In this document: positions 1 to 14,170 of the stretch, in pieces | How the letters are laid out: each line of letters starts with the position of its first letter | How positions within the stretch are numbered: position 1 is the first letter of the stretch | NCBI GenBank assembly: GCA_964016885.1 | Contig: OZ024745.1 | Span: 125,798,001-125,862,000, forward strand | Source: Eledone cirrhosa | Lineage: Eukaryota | DNA: 64,000 nt | Direction: 5' to 3' | The notes under the pieces: generated by a model | The model's input: the letters and a program-made list of their open reading frames with translations, nothing else | Told to the model about the DNA's origin: nothing | The model's database searches: none | Program-made: the position numbers and the translations under genes

Positions 1-429
1 CTATACATATATATGTTAACATATTTTAAGAATGTGAATCTAATTATATTTGTTACATAAAAAATGTATTGTATTTTAGTATATTATAAGCTACTAATGT
101 ATATGGTTAATTATAAGAATTTAATAATTATGTGAATAAATATATAACGTATTTGTCAATGTTATCTATGTAAACAACTATGGGGAAATAACTCTAAATT
201 ATATAAGGTTTCAAGCATTGTATTCAAGGTAAGTTTTCGGTAAACATTTAATATGATATGCTTCGATCCATTAGGTCCTATAATTATTATTATTTATATT
301 GTAAATGAACAAACAACTTAGATAAGATTTCAGAGCACCATATAAATGGTTAAATGGTTAAAGAACATTTATAACGATTATGAACAGTTTTGGGAAATCT
401 ATACAAACATGAATTAAATATCTCTTTTT

Positions 430-660
430 TTTTAATAATATTAGCAGGATTGGGAATTATATGAAAGATTTCTTCTGTTCAAAGATGACAAATTTTGGAA
501 ATTGAAGAATTTTGGTATGCGGGAGTCTTTCTGATTTTATTCCAAGAGATTGAATAATCAGTGTTATTGTCTTTTAAAGACCAAATTAGTTGTGGCAGTG
601 AAGTTGAGAATTTCTTATCAGAGCGTTTAAAAGTATGTTTGTGATTATATAAGAGAAATA
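430..660 (-). mobile_element. Decayed Penelope-like element fragment (GIY-YIG endonuclease C-terminal region)
   Basis: Translation YNHKHTFKRSDKKFSTSLPQLIWSLKDNNTDYSISWNKIRKTPAY..SKICHL*TEE resembles the PLE pattern 'YxNH..SF....ST.LS..IW.LK.....Y.I.W......Y....K.C.LC..EK'. It has an in-frame stop and abuts (GAA)n. Confidence 0.7.
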
Positions 661-759
661 GAAGAAGAAGAAGAAGAAGAAGAAGAAGAAGAAGAAGAAG
701 AAGAAGAAGAAGAAGAAGAAGAAGAAGAAGAAGAAGAAGAAGAAGAAGAAGAAGAAGAA
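661..759. repeat. (GAA)n microsatellite, ~33 units
   Basis: Direct reading; source of the poly-L and poly-S ORFs. Confidence 0.98.
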
Positions 760-1605
760 AAAATTCGCAATGCTGGAATTTCAATGTATAGTTGATACTT
801 GACTGTTTTCATGTAACCTGCCTTTAATGTCACCCCACTCCAGTCTAATATAGCCTACTGTGTTCCAATATCTGATCCCGAAGGAATATATGCCATTGCA
901 TAAGTGAGGTCAGACAGGAGAATTATATACAATATGTTTCATGGTTCTTTTCCTGCCCACGTATACACAATAACGCCATTGTCCACTCAGCACATATATA
1001 CTTACACACATTCATAGATACCCAAGAAATAATTGTAAGTTATAATAATATGGTTATGGTTTTAATTAGAATGGCGATATAGTAGAAGAATCGATAGAAA
1101 GCCGGACAAAATATGTTGTGGTATTTGGTTACGTCCGTTATGTTCTGAGTTTAAAACACACCCTGCTTAACTTTGCATTTCGTCTATTCGAGACTGACAA
1201 ATTTGATACTAGTTAAATATATGTATAAACCCATAACTCCGGGTGGATTCATATGAATTTTAAACCAAGTTGAATCCGTCACTCTCAAGGTCAGAACATA
1301 GCTGATTTAGTCAAGAGAAAGTGGGGGTGAGAGAGAGGAAATGCAAAAGTTGCATAAAGGAAGAAATGACCTACTACTTGTCTGGCACTTTCTTTTTATC
1401 GACATCGAATGATAAAAGGCATTGTTGATTAGTCGGAATTTGAAATCTGAGCTCAGAAAGCGGGTATGAATACCTCAATATATTCTATCTGACGTTCTAA
1501 CGATTCTAACGATTCACCTATTATTAGAGTTAAATGTATTGACACCAACACTATTTAAAAGTTAAAAATCTTTAAATCAATATAATCATTATTGTAGTTG
1601 TTCGA

Positions 1606-1793
1606 TTGGCTGTGGATTGGCAGTGTCGGTAGAGCGTCAGACACCATGCTTTGCAGCACAGAGTTATGGCCCTTTATGTTCTGAGTTCAAATCTCGCTGA
1701 CGTTACCTTTGTCTTTCATCCTTACGGGGTCGATAAAATAAAGCACCAATAACGCACTGGAGTAATTGCTGGCCTTGTGCCAAAAGTAGAAAC
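1606..1793 (+). mobile_element. tRNA-derived SINE (octopus OK-like, by recollection), short form
   Basis: A box TGGCAGTGTCGG, B box GAGTTCAAATC, core CTTTCATCCTTACGGGGTCGATAAAATAAAG, tail GGCCTTGTGCCAAAAGTAGAAAC. Imperfect TSD 1588-1605 / 1794-1812. Confidence 0.9.
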
Positions 1794-2231
1794 ATTCATT
1801 GTAGATGTTCGAAAGGATAAAATGTATTTTAAAAACTTAATCAGGAAAGACAAAGAAGTTCTCATGACTTTTCGAGGGAAACCTTGAACCCACTGAACAA
1901 CTACAATTCATTGCCTCCAGGAAAAATATAGATTGGAAGAATAAGTATATGCGGTATGGTCCAAATACCTGGAAATTAACATACCCCTCTAAAGTCAACA
2001 ACGTGCATGGTAGTAGAGGAAAACGTGAGGTCGATTTAAGTTTTTACTCTTCTGTGGCCAAATAAGTGTCTTGATTGAGTCGTAAGAACATTTAGGAAGG
2101 TGTTTTGTGTTAATTGGTTCTCTTCTTGGCGCTCTATGTTCAAATCTGAGGTTGACAGAGTACTATTCCAGTCGTAACGTATATACTTTATTTATCTCCC
2201 TCACTTTCTCCCACATTATGAGAAAGAGAGT

Positions 2232-2360
2232 TACCTCCCTGTATGGTCTGAGTTCAAATCCCGCCGAGGTTAACTTTGCCTTTCATCCTTCCGGGGTCGA
2301 TAGAATAAAGTACCAGTAATGCATTGGGTAATTGCTGGCCTTGTGCCAAAAGTAGAAACA
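2232..2360 (+). mobile_element. SINE, 5'-truncated
   Basis: Same family; perfect 17-bp TSD ATTATGAGAAAGAGAGT at 2215-2231 and 2361-2377. Confidence 0.92.
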
Positions 2361-2499
2361 ATTATGAGAAAGAGAGTGGGAAAAGTGATATATATATAAT
2401 CAACACTCTTTCTTATATATATATAACATTAGAATTATATTTCTCGGGCCATTTGCTTGCAAGCAAATCGAATATTATTATTAATGTTTGATATAACCC

Positions 2500-2518
2500 A
2501 CACATACATGTGTATACA

Positions 2519-2567
<49 letters not shown>

Positions 2568-2674
2568 GTATATATATATATGTATATATATACATATATA
2601 TATATACATATATATATATATATTATATATATATATATAGTAATAAATTTACACTCTCTCTTATATATATATAT

Positions 2675-2738
<64 letters not shown>
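2500..2738. repeat. Compound (TA)n/(TG)n microsatellite, representative of many (e.g. ~5080-5290, 6000-6360, 7221-7320, 37260-37680, 52420-52685, 57920-58180)
   Basis: Direct reading. Confidence 0.97.
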
Positions 2739-2740
<2 letters not shown>

Positions 2741-4152
2741 AATTTACGGGTGAAAGCAGCGATTCTTTGCTTAACATTTAATCTGTTATTTTAATATATA
2801 TATGTGTATATATAGAGGTGTGTGTGTGTGTAGTAGGTGAAAAGACACTCCTTATTTATAATTGTTAATAACTATTAATTATTGGTCAATTTGCATAAAA
2901 CGTCACTTTTTCAGTATCTACGGTCCCCTTACGGTTTACATTTGTATTGATTAATTCAGGTTTTAGAGAAAAGCATGAATGTCACACAATACCATTATCT
3001 GTATCTCTTATATTCATAGGCTCATTGTTACTGATGCTGTGGCGGTTGTTATCACTGTTTGCTGTTCTGAAGCTATTTATAAAAATATACATGGATAATG
3101 CACCAAGGTGAATGGTGTCACATTCTCTCATAACAGCTTAACAATGTTCACAGTGTTTACAGTAATGTGATCGCAGTCCTTTAATTCTCATTAAAGAATA
3201 CCTCCTTCATATAGACAACAATAGCTTGTAAGCAATACACGATTTACGTATTGAAAACTTGCCACCTTTACTATTTCACTTTACACTGAGATAAAGGCTA
3301 AGTCATGAAAATCACTTACGCATTTTCTTGTGTTGTTGGTATTGGTGCGTAAAGAATATAAAGACATTTTACTCTATTTACAGAACAGAAAAATATTTTT
3401 GAAGGGTGATATCTCATTTTTGAAGTTACGACATTATGTTCCAAAAAGAATAATAAAAAATGTTAACCCACCACATGGCATTACTGCAGTCAAACGAAAA
3501 CATGTTATAGCTGCGAAGATGTTAAATCAAACCTAGACGATGACGATTGGTACCATAGTCGCCATAGGTGATCAACTTACCTGACCCCTCATTGACATGA
3601 GGTCAGTCCCTCGCAGGGTCAGATACCAGCTACTGTAATTCTTTTGTAAATTAGCACAAGCCCACAATATGCCACCCAATCTGGGAATCGAACTCCCAAT
3701 CTTATGATCCTGTGCCCAATAGCCTAAGCACTAGACTTGTGCACCTACACATAATCACGCCTGAGCTCAACTCTTATAACTGACGACTTTCATCAAACCA
3801 GAGTCAAGAAGCATTGACAACCAAATTTAGAATTATATTACAATTTTCTAATAACAGATTATACTCTTTGATGATTGCATCTCACCACAATAAACACTAG
3901 TGCAAGGGGGATTCCCTGTCATTCAGGACAATGAGCGTTCATTTCGTCATGAAATTAATGTGTAAAGAGCTTCGGGTATGTTCAAGCAATATGAGTATTT
4001 CCTTTTTCGTACATCACAAGTCTAAACACCTAAAGATGCATGTGTGAGTATGTATGTTCCTTCTTGAACATGGCGGACCTTGTTGTCTCTTGAGGTCACT
4101 GGTTGTGACTTGGTGATAACTCGTATGAACATAAAGCAAGATAAATGCAGCT

Positions 4153-4197
<45 letters not shown>

Positions 4198-4202
<5 letters not shown>

Positions 4203-4563
4203 GATCGTGCGTGATTGTGGATGTGGCCTGCCCATTCGACACGAGAGTGCAAGAGAAGGAGAGGGAGAAAATTAACCGATACCAGGACTTAAAGTGGGAG
4301 GTAAAAAGGATTTGGAACTGCCATGAAGTCAAAGTCGTCCCGATTGTCATAGGCGCACTAGGTACTATCTCAAAAAGTTTCCAGGGATGGTTAAAGAAAA
4401 TTGGCCCCGCCATGCTTTTTGGAACGCTTCAAAAGGCATGCTTGCTGGGAACAGCAAGAACCCTCCTATACGTCCTGAATATCTGAGGCTGCAGGTAGTG
4501 GCTTGATATTCATTTCAACAAACTTTCCAGTTAACTAACATCAATGACTGAGACTCAAAGAAC
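4198..4563 (+). mobile_element. 5'-truncated R4/Dong-clade LINE (restriction-like endonuclease C-terminus plus 3' UTR) in a (TAA)n tract
   Basis: ORF 4211-4486 IVDVACPFD..EKEREKINRYQDLKWEVKRIW..VVPIVIGALG..LQKACLLGTAR is the REL signature of R4/Dong. (TAA)n lies on both sides (4154-4197, 4564-4608). Confidence 0.85.
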
Positions 4564-4610
<47 letters not shown>

Positions 4611-4679
4611 ACTATTAATGATTATTAATTAATTCAATCGTGCAATGCCTGTGCCTGACGAATATTTTTAAAGTGAGGA

Positions 4680-4917
4680 AAACCTGTGCACTGAGCCAAT
4701 CCCACTCTCTGAGCGACAGTAGCTATAAGCCGAAAAGAAGAAAAGATCAACATCATCGCTAACTACTGAGCCGCAGGTTTTATGTCGGAGTTAACCCAGT
4801 TTCCTGAGATGCCTTCTCCTAGAAGAATGCCCTGACAAGGGCTAGGGGTTCTTCACTCCCAATGGTTTAACTGCGCGATCGGGTATCCAGCCCGACTATT
4901 TCTATGTCCCCGCGCAT
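4680..4917 (-). mobile_element. RTE-related 5'-region fragment
   Basis: 4775-4917 is the reverse complement of 49140-49272. The CCTAGCCCTTGTCAGGGCAT..TAGGAGAAGG motif resembles RTE 5' UTRs. Confidence 0.5.
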
Positions 4918-5076
4918 AAAAAAAGAAAAAAAAATCACTTATTAACACTTTAGACGTACGACATACACACACTAACATACATACATTCATACATACATGC
5001 ATACATACATACTTACATATATAGATTCATACATAGATACATACATACGTACATATATACATATTTACTAACATAC

Positions 5077-5203
<127 letters not shown>

Positions 5204-6125
5204 GAGAGAGAGAGAGAGAGAGATAGGTAGATAGATAGATAGTTAGTTAGATATATAGATAGATAGATAGATACATAGATAGATAGATAGAAACACTTAA
5301 ACATCTGTTTGTTAATTTTGCAATATAAAAAAGATAGCAGAATAGAATTTCGTAGATTGACTGGTTTGACTGCTAAATTATTTTTATATCCTATATTTTC
5401 GTGACATTTCTATAATTACTTTTTCAGTCAACTACCGTCCACTTTGTTCATATATTTTCTACAACTATATATTTTAAATATTCATTTCTGACATCACAAT
5501 GCTATTGCATTTTTTCCCTTCCGTTTTAAATAAATATTGCACGAGAAAATAACCTGTGATTTTGCTTAAGGGATGTTTACTTTGAAAACAAAATTTCTGA
5601 ATTCAAAGTAAAAACGGAAACATTCAAGCGTTGTACCTTCCTTGAAGCCGTAGATTTTCGTCACAAGCAAAAAGTGTATATGAAATATTTTATAACATCT
5701 TGCTATAAACAGCCAAATAAATATCATGTCGTCTGCTGGTGGTATCAAATAGCTGATAGCTATCAAAATATTTGTTATACTATTTATTGATTTCTAACAT
5801 AAACATAAATCTCAGCTCACCGGAAACTTATTTCCTAGTCTTCAATGCTCACCTGCTGCTATATTTTATAATACTGTTATGTTTACTAATTTATTAAACA
5901 GGCACAAGGCCTAAATTTTAGAGACAAGACGAAATGAGATGTTAGGAAATCGCTTTTCATTTTTTCGCGATTAATAGACCTAAAGACACACATCAAATGC
6001 ATATATATATATATATACATATATACGTGTATGTGTGGGTGTGTGTATGCGCGCGTGTGTGTGTATTTGTATGTATATATGTATATGTGTATATATGTAT
6101 ATGTGTTTATATATACATATGCATA

Positions 6126-6163
<38 letters not shown>

Positions 6164-6171
6164 CTGTATAT

Positions 6172-6218
<47 letters not shown>

Positions 6219-6238
6219 CATATGCATATATATACATA

Positions 6239-6334
<96 letters not shown>

Positions 6335-6357
6335 GAAATACACACATTATATATATA

Positions 6358-6536
6358 TAGGAAAATAGTCAGCACCCCGACGGTTGAGCTCCGGCCGTTT
6401 CGGATCTAGCTGTCGAAACGGCCGGAGCTCAGCCGTCTGGGTCCTGACTCTTTTCCTATTACCCATTCTACCACCCTAACTATCAACTACTCTGGTGCGT
6501 AATGGTCCACCTGGTTCCTTACCACACTTCCTTTGT
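6358..6536 (+). mobile_element. Short fold-back element between TA tracts (probably Penelope-derived)
   Basis: 45-bp imperfect inverted arms 6358-6402 / 6414-6458, then a unique ~80-bp extension. Related fragment at ~10262-10310. Confidence 0.55.
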
Positions 6537-7216
6537 ATATTATATATATATGCTTAAGTTTATTTTTAAACAACCTGGTCGAGAGCTTAATTCGATTTGT
6601 GCAGTTTTTTGCAATTATTGCAATAATTTTACACATTCTGAATCTATCCGCCAAAACCGGGGTTACCTCCCTTGCAGGGTAAACACGTGGGGTAATCACT
6701 CGAACACTACTAATGCATTGGAACCCGCTCGCCGGCTGAGAACAAAAACCTGTTGACGAAATGGCAGTCTTGGTCGATCGTTATAACAAAAGCTTACAAT
6801 GAAAGCAGGCAGTATAATTGATTTAGTTGTCACAGAAACCTCCCACTGGATTATACCATCAATTTCCAGGAGATCCAGGTAAATTCTTTTGTTTAACCTG
6901 TTTAGCCTGCTTCGTTTTATAGACTCCGGTGGCTGATAGCTTCATAACCGCCGTTTTCAGTTTGTATGGCCTCTATAACGTATGTTAATTGCTCTGGTCT
7001 TTTTTTAGTCCATCGAGCGCTTGCCGCATTTCTCGAAAATTGCGTTTCGCTTTGTTTTTGACCACAGCCGAAATACGATCTCGCTGAAATTATATATATA
7101 AACGTATGTTATTACTCTAAGCACCTACCTTATCGAGTGCTTTGCTAACTCATTATTTCATATAGTAGGCCGAATTTGCTTGCAAACTGCCAGAGATTCG
7201 ATTTTACTAAGTATCC

Positions 7217-7323
<107 letters not shown>

Positions 7324-7366
7324 AATGATGCTGTGTTTACATAAATCCTTTATTCATTATAATTAT

Positions 7367-7549
7367 GGTGGATTGGCAGTATCGGTAGAGGGTCGGACAC
7401 CATGCTTTGACGATTAGAGTTACGGCCCTTGCCATTCTGAGTTCAAATCCCGCCGAGGTTAACTTTGCCTTTCATCCTTACGGAGTCGATAAAATAAAGT
7501 ACCAGTAATGCATTGGTTAATTGCTGGCCTTGTGCCAAAAGTAGAAACA
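7367..7549 (+). mobile_element. SINE, short form, near full length
   Basis: Family consensus; TSD ATTATAATTAT at 7356-7366 / 7550-7560. Confidence 0.92.
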
Positions 7550-8560
7550 ATTATAATTATATCTATGGCGACACGTATGCCTGCAGCATATCATATAAGC
7601 GTAAATTCATTTGATGAAATCACACCCATACCCGCAACAAATGCAACTACTGCACACCGAATGTATACGGGTTACCATAGAAATAATTATAATGAATAAA
7701 TAATTTATGTAACATCACCATCTTTCTTAATGTTATTTTTATACTGAATCTCCATCGTAATTACAAATTACGAGTGTAGAGAGCTTTCTCCTGCTTGCTC
7801 TGCTGCTTTATTGGTCTGTAATGGGAGTAAGAAAGTGACATCTGGGGCAGTAGCGTCACCAATTACTTAAATACTCAACAATTACGACAGCTTCTTCCTC
7901 AATAGAAGAATACATTAATTTCATTTTAGAAAGAGTACGTGAGAAATAAGACATTAAGACGCCTACTTTGTGATAATGTTTATTTGAACAGATTCTGACG
8001 CCAGTGTTGTTAATTTGCTAAAATGCGCCATTATTTTTACTATATTGGGCAAAAATTGTTTGGGTCACAAACATTGATGATAATACATTCAAAATAGATT
8101 TTACAAAGCATAAAATCGATTGGTTGGTGTACCTTAAATTTAGTCGAAGTTGAAAAATTCTAAATAGAATCTCTCTTCCAAAATATGGAACCTGTTGCGA
8201 ACTTTCTTTTCAGCAGCCTGGTTAAAGATGTCTATTTTTCCTATTTGTGTAACTGAAACAGCATTGTTCAATATTTTTTAAACTATATTTTACGGATAAA
8301 ATATCTCTCAAAGCCTTTAAATGCAGAAAACTGCAATTTTGATGTTAGAAACGAAGCAAAATCGGGAGTTTTAATACCAATTCAGAAAGCCTTTTAGGTA
8401 AATTTACTTTAGGAGAATCTCTATAAAAAGAACATTCAATCCCAAACGAAATCGTATTTGTAACATCAATCAAGGCACTTAGTGGAGCATCTTCCGTTGA
8501 ACATCTCTTTTTGCTAAAATCTCGTTATTTTCATGGAACTGTTTTTCAATATCTAATAAT

Positions 8561-8750
8561 GGTTTCTTATATAGGCACAAGGCCTGCAATTTTGCGGGAG
8601 GAGAAGATCGATTAAATCGACCCCAGTGCGAGACTGGTACTTTATTTTATCGACCCACTAAGGATGAAAGGCAAAGTTAACCTCGGCGCGATTTGAACTC
8701 AGATCATAAAGGGACGTAACTCTATGCTGCAAAGCATAGCGTCCGACCAC
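8561..8750 (-). mobile_element. SINE, long form
   Basis: Retains the CACTGGGGTCGATTTAATCGA..CTCCC segment; ATAAT at the 3' junction. Confidence 0.88.
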
Positions 8751-10365
8751 TTAGACGTACCAGGATATTTTTTTTGGATTCTATACCTTTATAATTATCT
8801 GCGCTTCGCGCTAAATTTTCATCATTGACGCGTTAACTTCAAGTGTATAGCCTTTTCCTTGTCGGTTAAAATACTTTCGAAAGCAGTAACTCTTTCTTGG
8901 GGAATAGTGAAATTCGTACATGTTATTAATAGTCTTCACAAGAAATATACTCCAAATTTTCTATGATAAAATAACAACCCAATAATTCTTTGAATAAGAA
9001 TATAACGAAATTGGCAGCAGGAAACAATCTATCAGAATCAGTTGTTATTCTGTGGTCATGAATGCAATAACGAAGAAATATTATACATGTTCTACAGAAA
9101 ATTAGGCATTCTATACATAGTAGAAATGTGTTCTCAATAGAGTTAGAGTTAGATATGTTTTCCTATTTTACATATTTTCTGCTTTTACTACTTTTTAAAA
9201 TAAACATTCATATCCATAATTTTTAAAATATATAACAAAGTCTACCTTAGATCATCGCCCATAACTATTTAGACTTTGATTAACCATTTTCTTTTGTGTC
9301 AATCACCATCGAGGTTACAGTTGACCGGTCATCAGTCTAGTATCGCTGCCTGTTCTCCGTGACAAAGCTTTCGCTATCTAGTCCACAGAGCGCAGTAGAG
9401 ATTTGCTTTTTTTATTATTAATTTTCCTTCTCCCCCTTAAAAATATGAGACAATGAAAATTTGACTATTTTAATTTTTTGTTTTGCGCTATAGAATTAAT
9501 ATGGCGGCGAATTGGTTGAGTCGTTCGAACGTCAGATAAGATGGTTTGCGGTATTCTTTCCGGCTCTCTGCTCTCTGAGTTCAAGTCTCGCTGATGACAA
9601 TAAATCGGATCAATTTTCCCTCTTTCTCACTCTCTTTCCTTCTCAGAAAGTAATGTGATGTAGTCAGGCTTGTAAAGTGAATGGGCTCCACCAGGTTTTA
9701 AAATGCCCTAAGAAAGGCCGTATTACCTTACGAATCCCTCAGGAGTTACGGATCTATACCAAACCAGAATTAATACTTGATAAAATAGGTTTATCAAGTA
9801 AATATCCTTAGTTGATACCTGCAGCAAGTTAGCAAGCCAATCGATTCAGAATTATCAGAAATTTCAGAAATTCCAGAAGAAATTCCATATAAAATATGTG
9901 ATGTGCGATATTCCGGCAGTTTTACACTTGTTAGATTATCAAGAACCATGCTGTCAAGACGAACTGCGGTTGTTTTTTCAGGCGTTTTGCAACATATAGA
10001 ACATAATGTTTATAATAACAAATATGAATTTGTAATAACAAAGATTGTTGATATGAAACTACATTCAATATACATATCCTTCTAAGTTTGGAATACACGT
10101 GAGCGCTTTCATGCATACTCAGACAGCTCTATCAATATATCAGCAACTGCTAACATACATTATACATGTAGCAGGCACATGTTTGAATGTTGTAGACAAT
10201 TTATGGGTGTACGTATGATTTTATATATATATTTTATATATATATTTCTGGACTCCAGAAATAGCCGTCGAAACGGCTTGAGCTCTGCCGTCGGGGTTAA
10301 ACTTTTTCTCGCTCTCTCTCTCTCTATATATATATATGCACCACCATTTGCAACGCGCAGCCATC

Positions 10366-10440
<75 letters not shown>

Positions 10441-10493
10441 TAATAAAAACAATGAAATAAAAACAAAGAACAATTTCCTTATATTAAAAAATT

Positions 10494-10626
10494 CATCATT
10501 TTACGATCGTTTCTAGGATGTATATGTGTGTTGGTATGTATATCATATAGATCTATGTAAAAATATTACAACTATCAGAGGAGATATACATACCTTCACA
10601 TATACATGCTGTCTTCAGAAATGATG
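10494..10626 (-). ncRNA. Type I hammerhead ribozyme motif with long stem II (family B, copy 1)
   Basis: Minus strand: CATCATTT-CTGAAGA-[98-nt hairpin]-GAAA-CGATCG-TA-AAATGATG, with an 8-bp stem I. Homologous to 36435-36562. Confidence 0.7.
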
Positions 10627-12574
10627 AGATTTGTTTATTGAAAAAAAGCAACAAAGATTATACATGATTATACGTAAAGATTATACGTAAAGATTATACT
10701 TAAAGATTGTGTGATCACGGCTGATATATGTTTAATCATACTTCTGTTTGGAAAGAGGGAACCTGTAGATGTCACTTCTTTTACACTGTACAGATGATGA
10801 TATTTTTTCACACAGACATCAACCCTAAATTCTTATGTAACTGCAGTCTAAATTAGGTTTATTGTTTACGTGACTGATCCCACGTAAGAAGGACATATTA
10901 TATCTTCAATAATCAATAATCGTGGTAGCCACTTGCAACCGCACACTAATGAACAGCAATAAAGCCATACTGCTTTACGAGGAATTTCCTGGATTTTTAA
11001 GTAAATATATTGATAAATGCTCTTTTTACCTATAAATTTGTTTTTGTAGCTCTCTACTAAAACATCATAGATGTTATAGCCTTACGAATACATTTGTTAT
11101 ATCCCAGTCTTAAGGAATACATCTCTCATTGAGTTGTCAACGTATCTGAGAATCCATAGGTAGTGGGAGCGAAATGTTAAGAGGTTCGCGTCACAAATGC
11201 AGCATCTTACTTCTTTTTCCCACTATAGCTCCCGTATTGGCCAAAGCTTTGTGAGATGAATTAGATAAATTAAAATTGTTTAAAAACCCGTTTATTGTAT
11301 TCCAAAGACAAAACATTGACACACAATGTTTCACTCCAAATCTCCTTATTATAAAAGCAGCATGGGTTTTGGAATACTCAACCAATTATAGGTTAATTTG
11401 GCGCGTCAGCCGTTCTGTTGATAGAACAACTGGAACACTAATTGTCTAAGCGGACGGAGATTCATTTATAATTATATATGTGAACCAAAAATGTTCCAGA
11501 AACCATTGTTATATTTGCAAAATTTTCTCTATCCAATACTCTTTCGTAACTTATGAAATGACCCATAATAATAGCAATCCCATTTTTTACAAAGATACCT
11601 ACTAAATATAGACATCTGCGCTTGTATTATCTAGAAAAGTTAGGGTTATATTTATCTTTAAGGAGAGCTAAAAAATGTAACAAATATTCAACACAATAAC
11701 ATTTTCCTTCTAAATGAAATTAAACTTGCTAACAAGTATAGATTAAACAGATGATTAAGTTATTTTCGTCTTGTAATTGTGTAATCATAAAATAATCACT
11801 GTGTTGCCTGATCGCCATTGAATAAAACTAAAAAATTGTTTGCAAGGATGAGTGAAGAATTATTACTGATATATATTTTTTTTCTAAATCGTAGAATACA
11901 TAATGTAAAGTCTACTGAACGAAGAATAATTGTGATACTGTAAAATAATTAAATAGAGTTAAAGGTAATAAATAAAATGTTTCTCAATTGTATTGCGGGA
12001 CATATATCGCATTAATGTATCTTTATTAGCTAGAAATTAGTTTTAGATTTATTCTCATGGCATTTCCATAATTAGAATACTGTCTAATAACAACAAAATA
12101 GTCATATTTCATTGTAAGAAAGAAACTTGATAGTACGAATTTAAAAAAATCTGTCTATATCATTATATGTTAACTGCGCTGTGTTCGTGTTTTCTATTTG
12201 GCTATGTCGTTTATGCCTCGTTGTTACCAGATATTTCGTCTGTTGCATTTGATGTACAAAATGCAATGAAACTCGTTAGATGTGTTCACAATTGTGCAAT
12301 TTAATACATAACAGTTATTTTAATAGCACTCAAGATATCTTTGAAATTGAAGTAAGATATATAAACACTTAGAAGGCTTCTAAGGAAGAGAGAGTAGATG
12401 TAAGTTTTAAAAAGCTTATAAATAAACGAACGAATGCAAAAGTTTATCCAGCTTCGAATTAAGATGATTTTCATGATTGTTTAGAAAACTTCCAAAAATT
12501 TCAAGTGGGGAAAAATGTATCTCTTTATGTACACATGCACCCCACCTACACACTCACACACATATATATTTTAC

Positions 12575-12613
<39 letters not shown>

Positions 12614-12885
12614 AGCAAAAGGGGCATTTAATTTGTTGGTAATTCAACAAATATAAATGTTTATAACGGATTCAAAGCACTCAAGTTTTCTGGAGTATAA
12701 TATCCGATGAGCATAATATCCAGGAAAAAGTTGAACCGTTAAGATCTTCTTCTTGGTTATGTCAATATTTATAAAACAAACTTTGTATTTTATCTGATGA
12801 GAGCGTACCAAAGTTTTGGTACCCTTGAAATATATATAATAGAATAAATATGGTTTTATAAATATAGTTTCCATTTATTTAATAT

Positions 12886-12993
<108 letters not shown>

Positions 12994-13980
12994 TGTGTGT
13001 GTGAGAGAGAGAAATATTTATATATGTGATCATATATTAAATGGACATACGCTATAAGACGAATTGAGTGTCTCCTTGCTTCTTCATTCGTATTTATTGT
13101 AGAGCCGTGCATTGTTAGTAAGATGTGGGTGGTACATATGCAATTTGGTACTTCGCTTTTTACACTTAGTTGTACTACGTTCAGTTCTCCAGAGGATGAA
13201 GACATCAACAGTTGCTTCTATGGCGGTAATATATATTCCAAATACGACTGGAGCAAATAAATACCTGTGCTTGTCACAACATCAGCTAACAAACTTCCTG
13301 GGGGTGAAATTATCTATCTGCATAATGGCCTTCATATCCCTATTTAAGCACTTTAAAAAGATTTCACGTGCTAAATAGAAATCATGCAAATGAATTGAAT
13401 TATAGAGACCATGTTCAACGACATCTGCATGATGATAATATCAGTCGGCACCATACACGTAATTATAGGTTTGGTTATTGTCATGCATGGGAATGCGTTT
13501 TTGGTGTATAGTTCTGAAGCATGAGATATTACTGGATATAGCGTTATCTAATGTTCCTGTGAAAATAGAGTGAAATGATTTTATGAAACCTTTTGAAATA
13601 TCGGAAGTATCATTATCTCGGAATTGAAGGAACATTATCTCGAAAGCGTACTGTACGATTAGAGAGAATACTTCAAGTCTAGCAATAGCATTCTTAAGTT
13701 TGGCAAGGTACACCTGTTCTCAACTGAATCTCACCTTTGGCTCCGGGATATTTTTCAGCCACACAATGAAAATTGCTTATGGTGGTTAGCTAAACTTTAT
13801 GAGGGGTTGGGCAATTGGAGAGGAGATGAGCAGCATCAAGCATTTCTCCGTTCCTTTGAAATGCCATGATGTACACTTAATAAAACATTTAGATAACAAC
13901 TTAATGGTCGTTTGCACGAGTTACAGGAACCTGATTGATTGATGGAAGATATAATTGTGCGTGTTACTGTCCTGTTTTAT

Positions 13981-14170
13981 GTCAGGTCACTCTCGAATGG
14001 TACTGGTAGCGTGTAACCCAGTACAACCTGTCACATGGTCGGGTCGTCAGTGACTAAACCGCCAACCCCACCAAATTTACTTGGAAGGGAGGGCGATTTT
14101 GGACACCCTGCAGGACAAAAAATAAAATCTGACAAAGGGCGGAATAACTCATAAGAGTCAATGGCCATCT
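13981..14170 (+). mobile_element. Interspersed repeat, probably RTE 5' region or RTE-related SINE
   Basis: Clearly homologous to 48886-49075. Confidence 0.6.
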
